Positions 10,981 through 21,600 of a stretch of DNA of 64,000 nt are shown in pieces. Position 1 is the stretch's first letter. Each line of letters opens with the position of its first letter. The position numbers were made by a program, and so were the translations under genes. Source of the DNA: an uncultured candidate division Zixibacteria bacterium (GTDB lineage Bacteria > Zixibacteria > MSB-5A5 > UBA10806 > 4484-95); the NCBI GenBank assembly GCA_963668625.2, contig CAXXKA010000004.1:160001-224000 (forward strand), written 5' to 3'. The notes beneath the pieces are model-generated. The model searched no databases. It was not told the DNA's origin and worked only from the letters and a program-made list of their open reading frames with translations.

Positions 10981-11074
10981 TTTATTTTCCTGATTTCTTT
11001 TGGTATTTGGTTAATTATTCAAAGAACTCATGTTTATTATTTTAATGTACTCACTTTTGCCGTCGTCTTCCCGA

Positions 11075-13786
11075 CTACTTTAAAAGAACCATTTGTTTGG
11101 AATATGAGCCGGACGAAGTTTTAAGAATATAGAAATAGATTCCTGATGATACCGGATCTCCCTCTTGACCCGTACCGTTCCAGATCATGCTATGCAAGCC
11201 GGCTGATAAAAGACCGGTGTGTAATGTATTTATTCTCCGGCCAAGGACATCGTAAATCGACAACGTAACTTCATCAGTTTTTTCCAACGAAAACTGAATC
11301 GAGGTGGAAGCATTAAATGGATTCGGATAATTTTGTATAAGGGAGGTAGTCGTAGGCAAAGAAACGGGATCGTTTTCTTTGATATCCACCTGCTCAACAA
11401 AAAAAGTAACGGGTATTTCCTCTGATGGTAACGACTGATTCATATCGGATGCCGAGAAAACCAAAGAACTGCTGTAAGTACCTTCACTCAGAGCTACCGG
11501 ATCAAGAATGGCATTAATGTTTACGGTTCCATTGGCTGGAATCGTGCCAACAGACATATCAACCCTTAACCACGGACGATATATCTTGACTGCCATCTCG
11601 TTATGAAGGTATCTCAAATCATTGAAACCAAGCTCCAGGCCATCGGTAGCGCCGCTATTCTGAATGCCGATAGTCATTGCGGTGGGTAGATCCCCCTCAT
11701 AGCCTTCGTCATGGAAATCATCAATGTTCCACCTGCCATTTAAATATTGCAGAGTAATGTTTCCATCAGCGGTTAATATCGCCTGGAAAGTGTTCTTGAA
11801 TATCGAATCAGGATACATAAAGCAAAAGCTCTGGTAGTTTATCCACGAAACAATTGTTGATTCGGGATTGGTGTAATAATAAATTTCACCGGATCCCAGC
11901 CCGAGTTCCTCTGCAAATACCCCCATATGCTCATCCCAGTATGGAGCAATCATATCGACTTGCAAACTACTATCTACCGGTCCACCCATATAAGCATCGG
12001 GTACCGGCAGCTCGTAATTATAACCAGCTACTATATCGCTGGTAAACGAAATGAAACCGTTTGTACAAACTCGAAAGGATGAGAACAAGCTGTCGTAGAA
12101 TGGAAATTCAAATTCCATCCCGAAAGGACCAAGGCTATAACTATCTTCCTGCATTGGTTCAGGATCGATCCTGGTACCGATCTCCGTTATATCAACCCAG
12201 TTAAATTCCGGGCCATTCTCGTCGTAAAGTGAGTTAAGCGCGACGTAACTGAAATAATTTGAATTATGAGTGGCAATCACGGGAGTATCAAACGAATCGT
12301 CAGGATTGCCATAGACCGTGCTTAATTTATTATCCATTAAGGTAACGAATAAGGGTTCCTTATTATCGGCATTTGTTGCCATGGGTTCATATTCGGTAGA
12401 TGTCGTTACCGAATAACTAACCGGAAGATCGCCGTCATTAGCCAAAACTACGGGAACAATAATCTCATCTCTCCCCGATTCGCCGGTTTCGCTGATAGAT
12501 GATGGATTATCGATAGCAAACTGACCGGGATTCATCGGGGTGGCAGAGATCTCCTCGCAGGTTTGTGATTCCACCGTTTCGCCGTCAACATCATATACGG
12601 CAACGGCGGTATAATAATAGGTAGTGCCGTTGTTAACATCCTCATCGTTGTAGCTGGTCTCGGTCAGGTAATCGGGGGTAATACGATGATCATCATCTAT
12701 TGGGACATTTGGGGAGGTACCGCGATAGATATGATATCCCGCGATATTTTCGGTTTCGAAAACACTATTACCTTCAGTGATCAATTCAGGCGCGCCATCA
12801 ATACCAATGGTTGCTCTTATACACCATTCACCAAGATCATAATGGTCGTATATGCGCCAAAATCCGTACCACATCCAATCACAGGTTACGTTTTCGGGAT
12901 AAGAGATTTCCTCATCCATCCCAACGCCTTCAAAGTTACCGCCGGACCCGCCGGCGTTTCTTTTGCCAACATAAAAGTCATTCGTATTACAAATTAACGG
13001 CGGATTAAATTCTACGGTCAGCCACTCCTCGCCAAGTATCGGGGTGACTATCGTATCGCCTATCACTTCACCCGGTTGGCCGGTGCCATCACCTTCATAT
13101 ATAAGAATTTCGATAGGGTCGTGATGGTCATCAGGAAACGGCCACATATTCGAAGTATTAGTTATAATTCCAACATGCGCCTTCCATATTGAAATCGGGG
13201 CTATACCGTTAAATTCCTTGGCTATAACAATAATATCGTTCAAATTACAGATCGCGGCCGACATACTGCCGTCATCGTAAGTTAAGGTCGTGCAAGGCAG
13301 AGTAACCGGAGTATCCCAGTATAGATGAACAACGCCATCCTGATTGCTGACAGATTTAAAATTCTTGGGCGTAGCGGCGCCGACCGTGGTGTAAACCGAA
13401 TTAGAATATTCGGATTCAAGCTGAGGATCACCGTTATCGACCGCGGTTACCCGGTAAATACAAACGGATTCATCACCAATCAGTTCGTCGGTGTAGCTTT
13501 GTTCAGCGACTGAATCTATCAGGTCGTAGGATGTTTCGCCATGAACGCGGCGATAGATGTTGAAATGATCGAAATCATCCTCGTTATCCATAAAATCCCA
13601 ACTCAGGCTCACCGTGTAAACATCCACGGTGGCGCGGAGATTCGTTGGCGCCTCCGGGGATTCGTTATCTAATGGCGATAGCACGACAGGATTATCGCCG
13701 CTCCGGTAATCATCCGCCCAGACAAAACCGGCAATCGCTATCACGATTATAAAAATCACGGATTTGAAAATTGATTTCTTTAACAT
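11075..13786 (-). CDS. Secreted protein with FN3-like domains and a C-terminal FlgD-Ig/T9SS-type sorting domain
   Basis: Signal peptide; PEAPTNLRA...LSW...YRVTAVD (FN3); C-terminal LIQNYPNPFNASTSIQFSL...SSGIYFY...KQMVLLK. Confidence 0.8.
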   Translation of the reverse strand: MLKKSIFKSVIFIIVIAIAGFVWADDYRSGDNPVVLSPLDNESPEAPTNLRATVDVYTVSLSWDFMDNEDDFDHFNIYRRVHGETSYDLIDSVAEQSYTDELIGDESVCIYRVTAVDNGDPQLESEYSNSVYTTVGAATPKNFKSVSNQDGVVHLYWDTPVTLPCTTLTYDDGSMSAAICNLNDIIVIAKEFNGIAPISIWKAHVGIITNTSNMWPFPDDHHDPIEILIYEGDGTGQPGEVIGDTIVTPILGEEWLTVEFNPPLICNTNDFYVGKRNAGGSGGNFEGVGMDEEISYPENVTCDWMWYGFWRIYDHYDLGEWCIRATIGIDGAPELITEGNSVFETENIAGYHIYRGTSPNVPIDDDHRITPDYLTETSYNDEDVNNGTTYYYTAVAVYDVDGETVESQTCEEISATPMNPGQFAIDNPSSISETGESGRDEIIVPVVLANDGDLPVSYSVTTSTEYEPMATNADNKEPLFVTLMDNKLSTVYGNPDDSFDTPVIATHNSNYFSYVALNSLYDENGPEFNWVDITEIGTRIDPEPMQEDSYSLGPFGMEFEFPFYDSLFSSFRVCTNGFISFTSDIVAGYNYELPVPDAYMGGPVDSSLQVDMIAPYWDEHMGVFAEELGLGSGEIYYYTNPESTIVSWINYQSFCFMYPDSIFKNTFQAILTADGNITLQYLNGRWNIDDFHDEGYEGDLPTAMTIGIQNSGATDGLELGFNDLRYLHNEMAVKIYRPWLRVDMSVGTIPANGTVNINAILDPVALSEGTYSSSLVFSASDMNQSLPSEEIPVTFFVEQVDIKENDPVSLPTTTSLIQNYPNPFNASTSIQFSLEKTDEVTLSIYDVLGRRINTLHTGLLSAGLHSMIWNGTGQEGDPVSSGIYFYILKTSSGSYSKQMVLLK

Positions 13787-13924
13787 AAAATCTCCTAAAC
13801 GTTACTCATCTATTTGTACTACCATTACGATTACTGATAAAAAACTACCTCCTAAAAATATCTTTGCGAATTTATGTTTAGCCTTTCAGGTTCTTTTTTT
13901 CTCAGTAGATGATATATGTAAAAC

Positions 13925-14932
13925 TTATGCATTATCATCTCGCTTTTGTTTCTTTTCGTCCTCCGGATTTAAATAGTATTTCTGTCCTTTAATGATGTAA
14001 TAATCATGGGCTTTTTCCCAGAATGACTCAAAAAGGAATTTAAAACTTTTAGCCATAGCTTCATGTTTAGCGACAAGCATCGTTAATGATGTTTTCGTTT
14101 TGATAGGGTCTTCCAAGGCGAAGAAACAAACTTTTTCGTCAAAAACGAATAACTTGACGGGGAGTTCATCTATGACTTTATTTTTGTCAAATTCTGTACC
14201 GTCATAATCAACACTCAGCATTTTATCAAAATATTCCTTTGCCTCATCTTCGGGAGGCATTTGAATAATAGCTCTTTGTATGACTTTACGATCCGCAGCT
14301 TCAAACTGCACCCGAACCTGTTCTTCTTGTTGTTCACTCGTGGTAGGAGAAAACGGAGGCTTGGAGAATCCCAATACCTCTTTTTGAGTTTTGGACATTA
14401 ATTCGATGAATTTGCGGTGAATTTGATTGGGATTTTTCAATATTTCGATGTATTCGAGAGGATCATCTTTTGCTCGGGATTGCGCGTAATATGGTTTTAG
14501 CTCTTCAGTAACTTTTAAAATAGTCTCTGTTGCAGTCTTTCGCTTTTCAATCAGCTTAGCTTTTTCTATGCGAAGTTTTTCAAGCCTTCTTTTTTTCTCC
14601 CGTTCGTACTTCTCAATAATTTCAGCTTCTTTTCTATCAAACTCATCGTTAACCTCGCTTATTGCTTCGATAGTTTGCTTGTTATATTTTTCCTTGAACA
14701 ACTCCGGATCGGAGGCACTGTACTTTTTGGTATCACCGGGCCTCGATTGGCATAAACCTTTGGCCAATAGTTTTTCCAGAGCTTCATAAACGCTCGGCCG
14801 AGGTATACCGGCAAGTTTTGCCACCTCAGCGACGGTTAATGAATCTCTTTCCAGGAGAGACAAATAGCTTTTTGACTCATAAGGGCTTAAGCCGAACTTT
14901 TTAAGTTTCTTCAAAATTAGAGGTTTATTCAT
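13925..14932 (-). CDS. TrmB-family transcriptional regulator
   Basis: LKKFGLSPYESKSYLSLL...VAEVAKLAGIPRPSVYEALEKLLAKGL wHTH, coiled coil, and C-terminal effector domain ending FESFWEKA. Start chosen at MNKPLI. Confidence 0.85.
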   Translation of the reverse strand: MNKPLILKKLKKFGLSPYESKSYLSLLERDSLTVAEVAKLAGIPRPSVYEALEKLLAKGLCQSRPGDTKKYSASDPELFKEKYNKQTIEAISEVNDEFDRKEAEIIEKYEREKKRRLEKLRIEKAKLIEKRKTATETILKVTEELKPYYAQSRAKDDPLEYIEILKNPNQIHRKFIELMSKTQKEVLGFSKPPFSPTTSEQQEEQVRVQFEAADRKVIQRAIIQMPPEDEAKEYFDKMLSVDYDGTEFDKNKVIDELPVKLFVFDEKVCFFALEDPIKTKTSLTMLVAKHEAMAKSFKFLFESFWEKAHDYYIIKGQKYYLNPEDEKKQKRDDNA

Positions 14933-15254
14933 AATTATCTGTTGTAGCCTTTCATTATCACTTAGTATGTATTTCGCTACAACAATTATAAGCATATATT
15001 ATTATTTGTCAAGTTAATTCATAACTATATGTACAATTACTAGTTACACGAAACGAAAAGCATAAATAAACTAAGCTTTAAAAGTATTAATGTCAATTTA
15101 TTATCAGATAACTAATTAAAGCGACCTTCATAGAGGCCGCCTTCGGTAGGTCACGATCTTAAGTTGTAACTACTGTAATATCCCGCTTCTAATGAGACAA
15201 TTTTGAATTTGAACTATGACTGTTGTAGATATTTAAAGCTCTTATCCTTGTAGC

Positions 15255-15362
15255 TATACCGTCAAGGAATAACTTGGTCACAGTACAATAAAAACCACTG
15301 AGATTTACGCCCATCTGGCGGATTCGCACAAGTCTGAGATGATTTTCAGGCTACCATATTAG
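15255..15362 (+). pseudogene. Tyrosine recombinase/integrase C-terminal relic
   Basis: Manual translation YTVKE*LGHSTIKTTEIYAHLADSHKSEMIFRLPY*. This is the box II LGH..I.TT.IY motif with catalytic Tyr, with an in-frame TAA at 15270-15272 and no N-terminal part. Confidence 0.85.
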
Positions 15363-15745
15363 AGCCAAAATGGCAAGGTTTGTTGACTCATTGTTGACTT
15401 GGGATTTGAATTACAGAGACAGCTCACGTATATGCCCTACCACAGAGATAGCAGTCTCACAGTCTATTCTTCCCGCTTGTAGCTTTAGGCAGGTTTTCTT
15501 AATGGAAGAACCGTTATTACCGTATTGTTGACTTAAAATTATTGTGTTTGGATTATAAAAACAATAAAATTTAAAGATATTCTAACAATAACTGACTTGA
15601 CTTTAAAGCTTAATACTGATTGTATAAAGTAAGGATTTCTAACATCAGAATGAGAGGTTCGTTTTGGTTAAATGACTTCGAGGCTAATTTCTATATAGAA
15701 AATGATTATTATAACTAATACTTATCGAAAAACATGGAGGTGTGA

Positions 15746-16975
15746 ATGAGTAACCCAAAAATAATTTTAGCATGGGTATCAGTGTATCTTAACTTTTTGC
15801 TAATAATCCCATGCTGTTACGCCCAATTAATTTCAATTGACGAGTACTTAAATTCGGCAATGGCTGATAAGCAGATAGAACTCACATATAGTGAAAATAT
15901 TGAGGGAGTGTACTATTCAACAGTGTTATCGGACAAATACATCGCTATTACAGAAGCCAGTTTATTGGCAAAAACCTTTGAAAAATACGAAACACATAGT
16001 TTTCAGATACCCGAGGATATCCATATCTTATCAAGTAGCAATAAACAACTAAACCTTAAAATAGATAGCAGTAATTTTAAAGTGACTGGATTTTTTACAT
16101 CAGATGGTGAAGACTATTTTATTCATTCAAAATTATTTAATAATAAACATAGAGCTAACATCTGTAATATGCGGGGAGAACATATACGTGCTTTGAATTG
16201 CCCGCCTGAAGTTAGATGCTCGCCCAGTGGAAAATACTTTTATTTAAAACGTGAGACTTCGGCTCTGCCAGTTTATGATGAAATTGGTAACAAAAAATTC
16301 TATATCGAGTGCTTGGGGGATTATGTTGCTGAACCTGTTAACGATTCAATGCTTCTGGTATTAGATGCTAAGTATCTTTCTTTGTGGAACATCAATACAG
16401 AACAAGAGATATGGAAAATCGAAGTTCCATTTAGTACTTTTAAGGTAATAGGGAGATCGGTTATAAAGCATTCAGTTAAAAATAACCTAATTGTATTTAA
16501 TGATTGGGACGAGTGTTTTGCTTTTGATTTTTTGGGGAAATTTCTTTGGAGACTCGAATTTGATGATAAAAAGGATGCAATGTTATTAATGATAGGAATA
16601 AATGAAAACTCTAAGGAGCTAGTAACTATAAAACGCGATTATAATGTTAGGAATTTAGTGGCTAGTTTTTTTGACTGTAATGGCTCTCTAAAAAATGAAT
16701 TAAACTTGCAGGTTAACAGTTCTGAAGGATCATACATCGCATGGAATACAAATTTACTTGTCTATGATAACTATTTAATTGCACCACTCTTATCTACAGA
16801 TTGGAGTAATCCTGAGTATGTAACGAGCATAATATCTTTAACTAAACAGGATCCCGAAGTTTTTAATGTTGAAGGTTTTTGGTATCCCCTCACAGACAAC
16901 AACGATAATATGGCCTTTGTTGGGGTAACTTCTGTTGGTAACTCAATAAGGGTTTATAGGGTGATGAACGATTAG
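15746..16975 (+). CDS. Hypothetical exported protein, possibly a beta-propeller (AT-rich)
   Basis: 409-aa ORF with RBS GGAGG, hydrophobic N-terminus and propeller-like segments (CSPSGKYF, LWNINT..EIW, GKFLW). Confidence 0.55.
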   Translation: MSNPKIILAWVSVYLNFLLIIPCCYAQLISIDEYLNSAMADKQIELTYSENIEGVYYSTVLSDKYIAITEASLLAKTFEKYETHSFQIPEDIHILSSSNKQLNLKIDSSNFKVTGFFTSDGEDYFIHSKLFNNKHRANICNMRGEHIRALNCPPEVRCSPSGKYFYLKRETSALPVYDEIGNKKFYIECLGDYVAEPVNDSMLLVLDAKYLSLWNINTEQEIWKIEVPFSTFKVIGRSVIKHSVKNNLIVFNDWDECFAFDFLGKFLWRLEFDDKKDAMLLMIGINENSKELVTIKRDYNVRNLVASFFDCNGSLKNELNLQVNSSEGSYIAWNTNLLVYDNYLIAPLLSTDWSNPEYVTSIISLTKQDPEVFNVEGFWYPLTDNNDNMAFVGVTSVGNSIRVYRVMND

Positions 16976-16985
16976 GGAGGTTTTC

Positions 16986-17496
16986 ATGCTAAAGCATTAT
17001 TTACTATCAATGTATCTGTTTAGTGGGGATGTCTACTGTTATATTTGCAGAACTTTGGCCGATAGGCGGAACACCTGCACCAGACTTTATAACTAGCGCT
17101 TGTGGCCATAGGTATGATACTCGATATGAAAACTGCTATGGCTTTCATGATGCATTGGATATTCAAGCCTCCTTTGTTCCAGTCTTTAATACGCAGATTG
17201 ACGATGGATATGGTTCTTATCCTGTGGATTTTAATCATGATCCAGAATATGTTCTGGGAAAAAATGTGACGCTTGCCCTTGGACCGGACTATATAGGGGA
17301 AATAAGATATTGTCACCTTGATAGATTTGAAATAGATCTTCCCGAATATGGGCCATATGAGGAGGTTTCACCTGGACAACACATTGCTTATAGCGGCACT
17401 ACACCACATGTAGGTGCTCATTTGCATTACAATTACAAAAATGGTGGATGGCTCTGGATTAACCCACTTCATAATTTGACTTGCCCAAATCCATGA
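16986..17496 (+). pseudogene. M23-family peptidase, frameshifted and 3'-truncated
   Basis: RBS GGAGG precedes ATG 16986, which is out of frame with the 17023 ORF. That ORF carries FHDALDI (HxxxD), YCHL and GAHLHY (HxH), then INPL, and ends immediately before the tRNA terminator. Confidence 0.7.
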
Positions 17497-17538
17497 ACAA
17501 ACGGGTTACAGTAGAATCACTGTAACCCGTTATCTATC

Positions 17539-17624
17539 TGCCGGAGGCCGGAATCGAACCGGCACGAAAGTTACCCTTCGAGGGATTTTAAGTCCCTTGC
17601 GTCTACCTATTCCGCCACTCCGGC
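17539..17624 (-). tRNA. tRNA-Leu(TAA)
   Basis: GCCGGAGTGGCGGAATAGGTAGACGCAAGGGACTTAAAATCCCTC-long variable arm-GCCGGTTCGATTCCGGCCTCCGGCA. Confidence 0.96.
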
Positions 17625-17727
17625 GCGAATCTCACGAAAATTCTTTCGATCCTTAAAAACGACCTGTCATAATTAATCTAAAGCGGTCTTTAAGTCAAGA
17701 GACAAAATCGCATTAGCATAAAAAAAG

Positions 17728-17799
<72 letters not shown>

Positions 17800-17964
17800 A
17801 TCGAACTTGAAATATTGTAAATCGGTATCACATCCCGATTTTATTTCATACACTTCGTGAAATATAGAGCGACTATTAATATTGTCAAGCGAAATTCCAC
17901 TATAGCACCGTATGGGATTCGATAAGAGTTTGACATTCATGATGTTAGGTAGTAGAATATTTCT

Positions 17965-18420
17965 ATGTCGGAAAAACTCATTCAACTGTACAATATTGGA
18001 TACCAGGGTTTATTAATTGATGAATTCCTGACAATTCTAATAAAGAACAATATTGAAACAGTGATTGATATCAGGCGCAATCCGTATTCGCGCTATAAAG
18101 ATTTCTCCCGGAAGAGGCTTAGCAACAGTCTGAGCGCATCTAATATAGAATACCATCATTGCGAGGAGTTAGGTAGTCCCGATAAAATTCGCCTGCAATT
18201 AAAACAGGATGGAGATTACAGCTCGTTTTTCGAATATTATACCGAGCACCTTAACACCCAGAGTGACACATTAATAGATCTGCTTAATTTAGTATCACAC
18301 AAAACAGTATGCTTGCTATGCATGGAGCATGATATTAATATCTGCCATAGAAAGGCAGTTATCAGCAAACTTCAGCAGTTAGCGGCGCCAGAGCTCAAAA
18401 TCGATTCGCTGAATTTGTAA
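17965..18420 (+). CDS. DUF488-family protein
   Basis: LYNIGY...VIDIRRNPYSR...Y.H..ELG...VCLLCMEHDINICHR. Confidence 0.85.
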   Translation: MSEKLIQLYNIGYQGLLIDEFLTILIKNNIETVIDIRRNPYSRYKDFSRKRLSNSLSASNIEYHHCEELGSPDKIRLQLKQDGDYSSFFEYYTEHLNTQSDTLIDLLNLVSHKTVCLLCMEHDINICHRKAVISKLQQLAAPELKIDSLNL

Positions 18421-18673
18421 ACTTTTCGATTGAAATAGCTGTTTCTCTATAATATAGTTAATTTTCGAAAGAGCTATAAGCTTTACGGGGAGAGTGCTTT
18501 TTACTACTGATATCCGATTAAATATTACCATATGTGATGTCATTAACATCTTGACATCATTTGTGATGGTTGGCATATTGTTCTTGAGAGCTACAGAAAA
18601 TATCTTTTGCCTCTTGAGCTAAACTTGAATGTTAATAAATTTTACACTAAAACTTTTTTTGGAAAGGACTGCT

Positions 18674-21600
18674 ATGAGTTTTCAGGGAGTTACTCTAAAA
18701 CCCGGTATGTATTTGCCGGTACTTCTAATTATTGCATCGCTATTCCTTTCCGGTACCGCCTTAGCCGGAGAAATCAAGCCGCCGCTTGATGAGTTAATCG
18801 ATAAGGCAGAAACCGGTGAGATGATTAAAGTAATCGCCGTACTTAAGGATAAAATCGACAATCAGGAGCTTGACAACCGCCTGAAGGCCCGCAAAGCCAA
18901 CCTTCAGCAAAGACACTTCGAGGTAATCAGCAGCCTTCAGGAAAAAGCAACTATAACTCAGAGTCCGGCGCTCGATTTGTTATCCGAGCTTGAAAACAGA
19001 GGTCAAGTTAAAGATATCAAGAATTTCTGGATCACCAACGCCATCGCTTTCAGAGGCACTAAAGAGGCGATCGAGAGAGTGGCCAATCACGAGGATATTG
19101 CCCTGGTTTCTTTCGATATGCCTGTCGAGCTGATCGAACCGGTAAAAAGCAGCAACCATTCCGAACCGCTTACCGCCTCCCATTCTCAGGGCCTGGATGT
19201 AATGAATGCTCCGGCAGTCTGGGCTATGGGCTACACCGGCGCGGGGCGACTCGTCTCCAATATCGATACCGGCGTTGACGGCAGCCACCCGGCGTTGTCC
19301 CCAAGCTGGCGAGGTAATAATGGCCATCCAGCCTCAGAATGCTGGTACGATCCGGTAAACGGTACCACCACCCCCACCGATGACGGCTCGCACGGCACAC
19401 ACACTATGGGCACTATTTGCGGCAGAAGCAATACCACTTACGATACGGTCGGTGTTGCCATTGATGCCCAGTGGATATCGGTTTCCGTTATTGATGTCTC
19501 CGGTTCGACGACCTCGGATGTAATAGACTGTTTCGAATTTATCGCCGATCCGGACGGCAATCCGGCTACGATGGATGATGTCCCGGACGTTGCCAGTAAC
19601 TCCTGGGGATGGTCACCTCTGTTCCACGGTGTTCCGGCCTGCGATACGACTTTCTGGGATGTAATGGATGCTACCGAGAACGCCGGCGTGGTAGTGGTTT
19701 TCGCCGCCGGTAACGAGGGCGATTACGGCTCGAGTAGTCTTCGCACTCCCTCCGATAGAGCCACCACCGCTTATAACGCTTTTTCGGTAGGCGCAATTGA
19801 CGGCCATACCGCCGGCTATCCTATCGCATATTTCTCCTCGCTCGGCCCGAGCACCTGTGCCTCCGGCGATCTGAATATCAAGCCCGAAGTTGTCGCTCCC
19901 GGAGTTGATATTTACAGCTCTATTCCCGGCGGCGGTTATTCCGGCGACTGGAGCGGCACCTCGATGGCCTGTCCGCATATCGCGGGCGCAGTGGCTATTA
20001 TCAGGCAAGTCAATCCCGGCCTGACAGTCGATCAGGTTAAGGAAATAATTATACAATCCTGTGTTGATTTGGGCAGCCCCGGCCAGGATAATACTTTCGG
20101 CAACGGCTACCTCGATCTGCTCACCGCCGTTCAGCTTGCCGGAACCGGTTTCGGCTGGATAGAGGGATATGTTCGGGATGATGTCTATAACAATCCGCTG
20201 CCGGCAACGGTCAGTCTCGAAGGCACCAGTATCTCGACTGTCTGTAACGCTCAGGGATATTTCATGCTCGGCGCCGCCCCGGATACCACTTATACCGTAG
20301 TGGCATCCTACAGCGGTTACGGTCAGGATGACGCCCAGGTTTATGTCATTCTCGATGACACGGTTTCGCAAAATTTCTTCCTGAGCCCGCCGTTAATCGA
20401 TTATTCTCCGGTTAGTTTCAATGTCTCGGTTCCGCCGGGAGAAACGACCGATCGTGATCTGACTATCACCAATACCGGATCAGGTACTCTGAATTATAGC
20501 TTGGCCACGGAGATTTACGATTTCGTTAATCGCGAAACCGGTGAATCGGTACCAGTGGCATTATCCGCTCCGCAACCCGAGCCACTTGGCTATCGAATGT
20601 CAGATAGCGATAAACCCGGCGCAGGTATGGAGCCATATTATCCGCCGGTTGTTACCGGTCAGGGCGGCCCGGATACCTACGGCTACACCTGGATAGATTC
20701 CGATGAGGCCGGCGGCCCGCCTGCTACCTGGATTGATATATCAGGCTCGGGAAATACTGTCGATCTCGATGATGATGATACTGTTAACGTTTCAATCGGA
20801 TTCTCATTCCCTTTCTATGAAAACACTTACACCAGCTTGTATATCTGTTCCAACGGCTTTGTCATTTTCGGTACTCCGGATGTTGAGTTCGATAATGAGG
20901 CTATTCCCAATACCGGGACGCCGAATAATATGATCGCCGCCTTATGGGATGACCTGGCGCCGCATCGCGGTATCGGCTCGGTCATGCATTACTACGACAG
21001 CGCCAATAACAGGTTCATCGTCTCCTGGATAGGCATCCCGTTCTACTACTCGACCGGCGCGGTGAACGCGCAGATCGTGATTTATCCCAATGGTATTATA
21101 GAATGCAACTACCAGACTCTCGACGGCGGAACACATGGACTGGATGAAGCAACCATCGGGCTGGAGAACTCCAGCGGCACGGATGGCCTTCAGGTTTGCT
21201 TCAATCAATCGTACATTCACAGCAACATGAGCATACTGTTCAGTTCCGGCTACTGGCTCTCAGTCGACCCGGCGAGCGGTTCGGTTAACTCCGGTTATTC
21301 CGACATTGTCGATGTTATATTCGATGCAACCGAGTTGGAGGAGGGCACCTATGACGGTAATATCAACCTGTACAACAACTCCGCCAACAACGATGATATA
21401 GATATACCGGTTACTCTTCATGTGAGCGATACGCCTACCCCGCTTATCGAGCTTAGCGTCTCGGCTATTTACGATACGGTCTATGCCGGTTACTCGACCA
21501 ATTACGAACTTGTGATAACCAACAGCGGCGATACCACCCTGACATATTCGATATCGGATAATCGTGCCTGGATAGATGAGTCGCCGTCCGGTGGTGATAT

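Larger units (their letters stand above)
8466..17595. mobile_element. Decayed genomic island integrated at tRNA-Leu(TAA)
   Basis: Flanking att direct repeats, an internal tyrosine-integrase relic, AT-rich cargo (15746-17496) and a truncated gene at the tRNA-proximal end. Confidence 0.85.
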
